DNA from: an uncultured cyanobacterium
GTDB lineage: Bacteria > Cyanobacteriota > Cyanobacteriia > CAKZMO01
Length of the DNA: 64,000 bases
Reading direction: 5' to 3'
Assembly: GCA_963719515.1 (NCBI GenBank)
Contig: CAVRCJ010000013.1
Span: forward strand, 96,001 to 160,000
This document shows positions 57,751 to 64,000 of this stretch, piece by piece. The stretch's first letter is position 1. Each line of letters opens with the position of its first letter. The position numbers and the translations under genes were made by a program. The notes beneath the pieces were generated by a model. The model was given only the letters and a program-made list of their open reading frames with translations. It had not been told where the DNA came from and ran no database searches.

Positions 57751-60390
57751 ATGAAGTCATTTCGCTTAATGGCGCAGCGCTTTGAGCAGTGGTGCTCACC
57801 GACAAACCGCTTATCCGGACGCCGGATGTCGTCGCGGCTTCAGAAGGCTGAGGTCTCTCCATCCTCAAAAGAATCCACCTCGAGGATAGACGCCGCTAGC
57901 GAAAAAAAATTCAGCGAGAATAAATTCAATAGCAAACAGGCCTCTCATGCGGGTACTCTCAGCCCAGCGCTGTCCGTGGAGGCCAATCGCTCCGGTCAGC
58001 GCGCGGCCAATCGTGGTTTGCTGGTCCAGTCTCGGGAATTGATGACCTGGCTAGGTGAGCATCCCTCTTGCTCTGGAACGACCCGCCCTAAACGAAAGAA
58101 GCTCAACCGCTACGCCGGCCCGCTGCTGTTCACTATTGCTGTCACCTCACTGACCAGCGCCGTTGGCTATCGGCTGTACAACAAGCCTCAGCTCAGCGTC
58201 GGGACGACCGCGCCCCAGACGCTGCACGCCCCCAGTACAGCAGCAGTTGAGGACGAAGAGACCACCGAGCAGCAGCGGCTAGAAGCAAGCCAGGGAGCAA
58301 TTCCAGTTCTCGCTATAGATTCTGACGTTAACCAGCGGATCTACCAGTCCCTCTCTCGACTAATTGATATAGGAGAGAACTATCGCGCTCAGGCCGGTCC
58401 CTTTCCATTCGTCGACTCGTCTATTTTGTCGACGACGGCTCAAGACTACCTGCGCACCGTTTCTAAAGAGGGCTGGCAGCGTATCCTCGCCGTGCTGGAA
58501 GACACCGATCAAACTGCCGCTGAGCCTTCTGTCGCCACAGCTCAGCCTACTCAAGAGCTGGCCATCCTTGAGATGCAGGGTTACAAAAACGTCGCTTCAG
58601 CAGACGACTTTTCGGCCCTCAAGCAGTCTATCATCCGGGCTCGGCAGAGCTACAGCGTCGCGGCAACTGCCTTGAGTTCGTCGGATGAACCCTCCACTCT
58701 GTTTGTCGATAGTCGAATTTTATCTCTGAGCGATCGCGACTGGAACCAGATCAAGCAGGTGATGCGCCAGACTCTGGAGAATATTTTGCTTCAGGGAGTT
58801 GCTAGAGGGCTTCCTGACGACCAGCTACAAAAGGCAGTCAGATCGCAGCTCAAAGACGTGGCTCCGCGCGACGCCGTTCCGCTAGCCGTCGCTTTTTTAT
58901 CAGACGCCATTCAGCCCAATTTGATTGAGGATACAGAGCAGACTCGGCTGCAGGCAGAGCGTACAGCAGAGGCGGTAGAGCCGGAGATTGTAGCAATTCG
59001 GCAGGGAGAAATTATCGTCGAGGCGGGTCAGAAGATAGAGCGATCGAACTTTGTCTTGCTCGATCACTTTGGCCTTAGCCGCCGCGGTGTGGACTGGCTA
59101 GGACTCATGGGCTTTGCCGGGGTTGTCGGTGGCTCTGTGGTGATCTTCTTGTTGGTGGAGCGCCGGTTTCATGCCCGCCTGCGACAGAGGGACCATATGC
59201 TGGTGTTGGGTCTGGCCCTCAGTACTCCTCTTCTCCTCGTTGTGAGTTTACCCTCCACTAGCCTGCCTGCCGTGGGGTTGCTGGTCGGCAGCTTTTACGG
59301 CTCGAGTCTGGGGTTGACGGTGGTGGCTCTGTTGGGTGCGATATTGCCCATCGGCATGACAGTTCCGTCTGCGCAGCTGATTTCTAGCGTTGCGGGGGGG
59401 CTAGTGGGCACCCTACTGGCGGGGCGGCTGCGCTCTCGTGAGGAACTGGCGCTGCTGGGAGGTGCTGTGGGCTTAGTTCAAGGGATAGTCTACTTGATCG
59501 TCAGCTTGATTATCAGCACGGCCACCAGTCCTGTTTGGCTGGTCATGCTCACGACTTCCTTTATTCAGGCGCTTATGGGGGTCGCCTGGAGCATCGCGGC
59601 CTTGGGCATCAGCCCTTACTTAGAAAACTTGTTCGACCTGGTGACGCCCATTCGGCTGGTAGAACTATCAAACCCCAACCGACCCACCCTCAAGCGGCTG
59701 GCCTCAGAGGCTCCAGGAACCTTTCAGCATACGCTGTTCGTGGCTAGCCTAGCGGAGGCTGCAGCCCGGGAGTTGGGCTGCAACGTTGAGCTGGTGAGGG
59801 CAGGCACGCTCTATCACGACATCGGCAAGATGCACGACCCCGAGGGATTCATCGAAAATCAAATGGGGGGGACCAACAAACACGACTTGATTGACAACCC
59901 TTGGACCAGCGCCCAAATCATCAAAAAGCACGTCAGCGCGGGATTGGTGATGGCCCGTAAATGCCGCCTGCCAGGAGCAATTCAGGCTTTTATCCCGGAG
60001 CATCAGGGAACGATGCTAATCACCTACTTTTATTACCAGGCCAAGGAGCGCGCCAAGGCAGACCCCACTATTGAGGTCAAAGAAGAGGACTTTCGCTACT
60101 GCGGGCCAACGCCTCAGTCCCGTGAAACAGGTATTGTGATGGTGGCCGACTCTTGCGAAGCGGCCCTGCGATCGCTCAAAGACGCTACCCCCGAAGAAGC
60201 ATTGGCTATGGTGAATCGAATTATGCGAGCCCGCTGGCAAGACAACCAGCTGGTCGACTCGGGGCTAAGCCGCCAAGATATGGCTCGCATTGCCGAGATC
60301 TTTGTGCGGGTGTGGCAGCAGTACAACCACAAACGGATCCCCTACCCGAAAGCGGCGCTCATGCCTCCCCCCTCACCAGTATCGCTCTAG
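57751..60390 (+). CDS. 7TM-HD family phosphohydrolase (PgpH-like)
   Basis: Extracellular domain, about 7 TM helices, APGTFQH, YHDIGK, FIENQ, EHQGT, ADSCEAA. Confidence 0.9.
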   Translation: MKSFRLMAQRFEQWCSPTNRLSGRRMSSRLQKAEVSPSSKESTSRIDAASEKKFSENKFNSKQASHAGTLSPALSVEANRSGQRAANRGLLVQSRELMTWLGEHPSCSGTTRPKRKKLNRYAGPLLFTIAVTSLTSAVGYRLYNKPQLSVGTTAPQTLHAPSTAAVEDEETTEQQRLEASQGAIPVLAIDSDVNQRIYQSLSRLIDIGENYRAQAGPFPFVDSSILSTTAQDYLRTVSKEGWQRILAVLEDTDQTAAEPSVATAQPTQELAILEMQGYKNVASADDFSALKQSIIRARQSYSVAATALSSSDEPSTLFVDSRILSLSDRDWNQIKQVMRQTLENILLQGVARGLPDDQLQKAVRSQLKDVAPRDAVPLAVAFLSDAIQPNLIEDTEQTRLQAERTAEAVEPEIVAIRQGEIIVEAGQKIERSNFVLLDHFGLSRRGVDWLGLMGFAGVVGGSVVIFLLVERRFHARLRQRDHMLVLGLALSTPLLLVVSLPSTSLPAVGLLVGSFYGSSLGLTVVALLGAILPIGMTVPSAQLISSVAGGLVGTLLAGRLRSREELALLGGAVGLVQGIVYLIVSLIISTATSPVWLVMLTTSFIQALMGVAWSIAALGISPYLENLFDLVTPIRLVELSNPNRPTLKRLASEAPGTFQHTLFVASLAEAAARELGCNVELVRAGTLYHDIGKMHDPEGFIENQMGGTNKHDLIDNPWTSAQIIKKHVSAGLVMARKCRLPGAIQAFIPEHQGTMLITYFYYQAKERAKADPTIEVKEEDFRYCGPTPQSRETGIVMVADSCEAALRSLKDATPEEALAMVNRIMRARWQDNQLVDSGLSRQDMARIAEIFVRVWQQYNHKRIPYPKAALMPPPSPVSL

Positions 60391-60719
60391 CGCGATTGCG
60401 ACTTGGGTTAAGCCCGCGATTCAAGCTTCAAGGGCTGTTTCTTCGCAGCAATAGGTTTGGAAAGCTCTCCTCCCCCAATGGTCAACGCTAATTGATAACG
60501 CCCTTCAGCGCCGTTGCTGATGACGCAGATTGCGGGCGACTCGCTCAGGTATGCTTAAAGGCTGAGGGAATATCTTGGCCTTCAAGCACACCTGCTAAAA
60601 AACTCGGCCTGTGATTGGTCCTACAAGCGGCCCGACTCAAACCTAGCCCAAGCTAGTCAAGCTAACCCAGCTGCCAGAAGGCACTAGCGCCACCCGCTAC
60701 TTTCATGAGAACAATCTAG

Positions 60720-61211
60720 ATGACCAAGACCATCCAAACTTTCGAGCTGACGGCGCAGCCGATTACGCCGGAAAACTTTGCGCCCTTTGGTCAGGCTATT
60801 TTTTCCGCTAGCGACGATAGACCTTTTGGGGCGTCTGACGCCCAGCTCGTGCTAGACCAGGGAACACCTCGGTTTTACATCATGCGGCTAACTGGCCGCG
60901 GTCGGCGATTTCACCAAATCACCCGGCATCGCCGTTGCACCCAGTGCTTAGGCTCTTTGGGCGGTCAAGACTGGCTACTAGGCGTTGCCCAACCGGGGCC
61001 AGCGGCGACCCCAGATACAGCGGCGATTCAGGCGTTTCATATTCCAGGCGACTGCTTCGTGAAGCTAAACCTCGGAACCTGGCACGCCGGTCCCTATTTT
61101 GACGCGGAGGTCGTGGATTTCTATAATTTGGAGCTGAGCGACACGAACATCGTTGACCACGACACCTGCAATCTTAGGCAGCAGTATTGTATGGAGTTCA
61201 TGATTGTCTAG
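60720..61211 (+). CDS. ureidoglycolate lyase-like cupin protein
   Basis: ITPENFAPFGQ, TRH..CTQCLG, GTWHAGP, FYNLELSDTN. Confidence 0.8.
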   Translation: MTKTIQTFELTAQPITPENFAPFGQAIFSASDDRPFGASDAQLVLDQGTPRFYIMRLTGRGRRFHQITRHRRCTQCLGSLGGQDWLLGVAQPGPAATPDTAAIQAFHIPGDCFVKLNLGTWHAGPYFDAEVVDFYNLELSDTNIVDHDTCNLRQQYCMEFMIV

Positions 61212-61227
61212 CAAAACGTGACTTGCC

Positions 61228-62136
61228 CTACTGAGTGGGTGATAGAGTAGGACGCTCGTTCCGACGCCTTTCCTGAAAGAAACCGGCGACGTTGGCCACC
61301 TGCGATAGGAAAAAGAGACCAGATAGGCTCAGCGATCGCCATCCCTGCCGCCGCGTGAGGGGATAGCTCAGCAGCTGTAGATAAAAGGTGAGCGGTTCGA
61401 CTTTGACGGGCTCCGCTTCCCGGCAGCTGCGGACTTTGTGAAAGTGAAACGCGCCCCGTCCATAGTTGAAGTGCTGCCGCCAAAATGAGGTAAGGCCGAG
61501 GGTGTGGGTATGGCGGATCTGCATATTGGGGATGTAGCGCATGGGTAGCTCGTGGTGCTGCCAGCGATCGCAAAATTCCCGGTCTTCGCCCGCCGCCAGG
61601 GGGAAGGTGGTGTCAAATCCGCCGATCTTGTGAAAAGCGTCGCGGGGCATTGCAAAGTTGTTAGAAGCGAAAAAGGTTGCTTCTCCCCCCGAGCGGTTGT
61701 AGTAGTCGTACAGGTAGTCAATCAAAAGCTGACTGCCGGTAGAGTAAAGGTTTTCGGGCAGGGCATTGATGGTGTAACCCCCAATCAGGGCGTCAGGAGC
61801 CTCAGTAAAGGCCGCCGCGATCGCCGTGAGCCAGTCAGACGCAGGCTGACAGTCGTCGTCGGTAAACGCTAGGTAACGCCCTCGGGCCGCCGCTGCGCCC
61901 GCATTTCGAGCGCTAGCCGGTCCGGCATTCTGCTGGCGAAGCAGCCGTACGGGCAGCTGCGATTCGAACGAGTCAATAACGGTACTCATGGGCACCTTGC
62001 TGCCGTCGTCAACCACCACCACCTCGAAGCGATCGCGGGGATAGTCTAGCCGGGTAAGGCTTTGCAGACATTGCTCTAGGCGCTCCGGGCGATTATAGGT
62101 GGGGATGACAACGGAGAAGAAGGGGCGCGGTTCCAT
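61228..62136 (-). CDS. glycosyltransferase family 2
   Basis: SVVIPTYNR, VVDDGS, NAGPASARN, FTDDDC, GGFD..F..AGED. Confidence 0.92.
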   Translation of the reverse strand: MEPRPFFSVVIPTYNRPERLEQCLQSLTRLDYPRDRFEVVVVDDGSKVPMSTVIDSFESQLPVRLLRQQNAGPASARNAGAAAARGRYLAFTDDDCQPASDWLTAIAAAFTEAPDALIGGYTINALPENLYSTGSQLLIDYLYDYYNRSGGEATFFASNNFAMPRDAFHKIGGFDTTFPLAAGEDREFCDRWQHHELPMRYIPNMQIRHTHTLGLTSFWRQHFNYGRGAFHFHKVRSCREAEPVKVEPLTFYLQLLSYPLTRRQGWRSLSLSGLFFLSQVANVAGFFQERRRNERPTLSPTQ

Positions 62137-62165
62137 GGGTATAAAGACCTCTCGATGACTTCAGC

Positions 62166-63701
62166 TTAGTGATGCAGCGAATTGTAGCGAGCTGGCTTGG
62201 GCACCGTCTGAAGCAGATGTTGACCCAGACGGCGCGCCAGCGCCAGGATAGTGAACGTGGGCGAGTAGGAGGGACCGGTGGGGAAGACCGCTGAGCTAGC
62301 GACATAGAGATTGTCGGTGCCAAACACGCGGCAGTTCAGGTCAACCACGCCGTCTTCCGGGCGGCTAGCCATGCGGGTGGTGCCCATTTGGTGGGCCGCG
62401 TCGGTCATATTCTCTAGAGTCGGTAGCACATCGCCAAAGTCAAAGGTGCCCAGCCCGACTGCCGCAAACCGGCGCGTCAGCAGGTCAAGAACTGTTTCCA
62501 TCGAGTGGTGATCGTGCTCCGTAAACCGCCAGTCGAGCGCCAGCTTGCGCTGCCCGAGGGCGTCCTGCTCGCCCTCAAGGACGACGCGGCTCTCCCGGTG
62601 GGGCACCTGCTCGGTGACAAACTTAACCCGATAGCTGGCGGCCCGGCCATTGCCATCTTGACAGACGGCCCGGCCCAGAAGCCGCCGCTTTAGCCAGTCG
62701 ACACGCGTTTCGTAAATCGGCTTGAGATACAGGACATGCTCTAAGAGCTGGTGCTGCTGCTGGGTGGCATCGTCGAGAGCAAAGCAGATGCAAAACCGGG
62801 GCTTGGGGGCATACTGCAGCTCGTGAGCGTATTCTCGCACTAGGGGGCCGGGCTTTAGAATGCCAGTGTGGTGCTTAGGGTGGTCGGTGTAGAAGCGGCC
62901 CACCAGGTCATGGGCGTTGCCGATGCCGCCGGGAAGCTGCCGGTCGGAGGCCAGCAGCAGGCGAGCGCTTTCCAAAGCTCCGGTGGCAAGAACGACCGCG
63001 TCACCTTCGACGGTCAGCTCTCGCCCCTCCAAAGAACGACAGACCACGGCGCTCACCCGCTCACCGGAGGGGTCTAGCTTCAGTTCGGTGGCGGTTGCCC
63101 CCAGCACTACCCGCAGGTTTTGCGAGCGGCGCATCTCGTCCCCGAAGCGTTTTGCGGTGCGGGTAGGGGTTTCTTCCCAGTAGAAGCTGCTCATTTTCAG
63201 GCCCGCCGCCGCCACCTTATTGCGCAGCGCCACAACTTCAGCCCGTTCCGCCTCTGCCTCTAAATCGCCGAACCCGTAGTCCTTGGCGGCAGACCGATAG
63301 TGCGCCAGCAGATCTTCAAAGTCGATGGGCCAGCCGCTGTTGGGGACCCAAGACCGGCCTTCGAAGTCGGAGGGCTGCAGGTATTTCCACTTGCCCGTCC
63401 AGACGTTGCTGGTGCCGCCAAACTGCCGCACGCGGCTCACCCCGCGCAGCTCGGGAGGCAAATAGCGGTGATAGTAGGAGTCTGGGTTGAGCTCTCGGTG
63501 GCGCTTGCCGAGAAAGATCAGGTCGTTGAGGGCCTGAATAGAGGGGTCGAAGCGATCGCGCCCGCTTTCCAGCTGCACTACCTCCACACCATAACGGGCC
63601 AAATGGGTGGCGACTTCCGCACCCGCGATTCCAGAGCCGACGACAACGACCTGCGCTCGCAGCGTTGTCTGTTCTCCCAGTTCAAGAATATCGGTAATCA
63701 T
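62166..63701 (-). CDS. GMC-family FAD oxidoreductase
   Basis: VVGSGIAG, FGGTSNVW, VGRFYTDH, HQMGTTRM, PTFTILALA. Confidence 0.9.
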   Translation of the reverse strand: MITDILELGEQTTLRAQVVVVGSGIAGAEVATHLARYGVEVVQLESGRDRFDPSIQALNDLIFLGKRHRELNPDSYYHRYLPPELRGVSRVRQFGGTSNVWTGKWKYLQPSDFEGRSWVPNSGWPIDFEDLLAHYRSAAKDYGFGDLEAEAERAEVVALRNKVAAAGLKMSSFYWEETPTRTAKRFGDEMRRSQNLRVVLGATATELKLDPSGERVSAVVCRSLEGRELTVEGDAVVLATGALESARLLLASDRQLPGGIGNAHDLVGRFYTDHPKHHTGILKPGPLVREYAHELQYAPKPRFCICFALDDATQQQHQLLEHVLYLKPIYETRVDWLKRRLLGRAVCQDGNGRAASYRVKFVTEQVPHRESRVVLEGEQDALGQRKLALDWRFTEHDHHSMETVLDLLTRRFAAVGLGTFDFGDVLPTLENMTDAAHQMGTTRMASRPEDGVVDLNCRVFGTDNLYVASSAVFPTGPSYSPTFTILALARRLGQHLLQTVPKPARYNSLHH

Positions 63702-63748
63702 GTTGTCTCTAAAGAAAATATGGTGTCAAGGGCGCTACCACTGCAGCA

Positions 63749-64000
63749 CTACGAAGCTTTAGATGCGGCTGGGGATGAGAGCTTGAACCTACCGCTTAGG
63801 CTAGACAGAGCCGCTCCCAACGCCAGCCTCGTAACATGGGCCGGATGGAGCCTAAAGGCCCACAGCGAGCTCACCAACGCAGCCTGCCACTGCTCCATTT
63901 TGTAAGAGGTCAAGGCGTGTTTATAGACAAACTCAGCGAACATTTTGGGATGGGCCTTGAAGGTATCTTCATGCTTTTGCACCAGGCGGTGGAAGCTTTC
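63749..64000 (-). CDS. 3' end of a gene entering from outside the window, probably another glycosyltransferase
   Basis: Frame open from the window edge (ESFHRLVQKHEDTF...AFRLHP...); co-oriented with the GMC and GT2 genes; product inferred from context. Confidence 0.5.
   Translation of the reverse strand, partial: ESFHRLVQKHEDTFKAHPKMFAEFVYKHALTSYKMEQWQAALVSSLWAFRLHPAHVTRLALGAALSSLSGRFKLSSPAASKAS

Noticed and set aside
59891..59901. 11-nt match (TTGACAACCCT) to the predicted guide of the 56-kb element, inside the HD hydrolase gene
   Set aside because: Not preceded by TTTAG and the match ends at 11 nt; compatible with chance.

Overview
Cyanobacterial chromosomal segment. Evidence for this: psbH/psbN, ndhP, cyanoexosortase and very dense HIP1 GCGATCGC octamers; a GC-rich filamentous, Leptolyngbya-like host is an inference. 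Most of the window is housekeeping: aas, pdhC, ispE-rsmA-pth-tatA-psbH/psbN, purE, acnB, lnt, gyrA, valS, tRNA-His, tRNA-Leu, a GAF histidine kinase, a SulP transporter, a 7TM-HD hydrolase and the edge of a glycosyltransferase cluster. Three accessory spots stand out. (1) 4.5-8.8 kb holds an HTH-LRR-Roc-COR-TIR gene. Its near-identical 69-bp LRR repeats differ non-synonymously at only three predicted ligand-facing codons. It is followed by a small uncharacterised gene whose leader overlaps a nested inverted-repeat system and a probable divergent structured RNA. (2) 22.8-24.4 kb is an IS200/IS605-type element with intact tnpB and a divergent ribbon-helix-helix gene split by a 124-bp MITE with a 5-bp target duplication. 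(3) 56.1-56.5 kb is a protein-less element with the same ends and target motif, possibly a stand-alone omega-RNA cassette. Several small genes fall below the ORF track cutoff (psbN, ndhP, a 44-aa Cys-pair secreted peptide). Frameshifts in three genes look at least partly like long-read indel errors. All calls are by eye; no searches were run.
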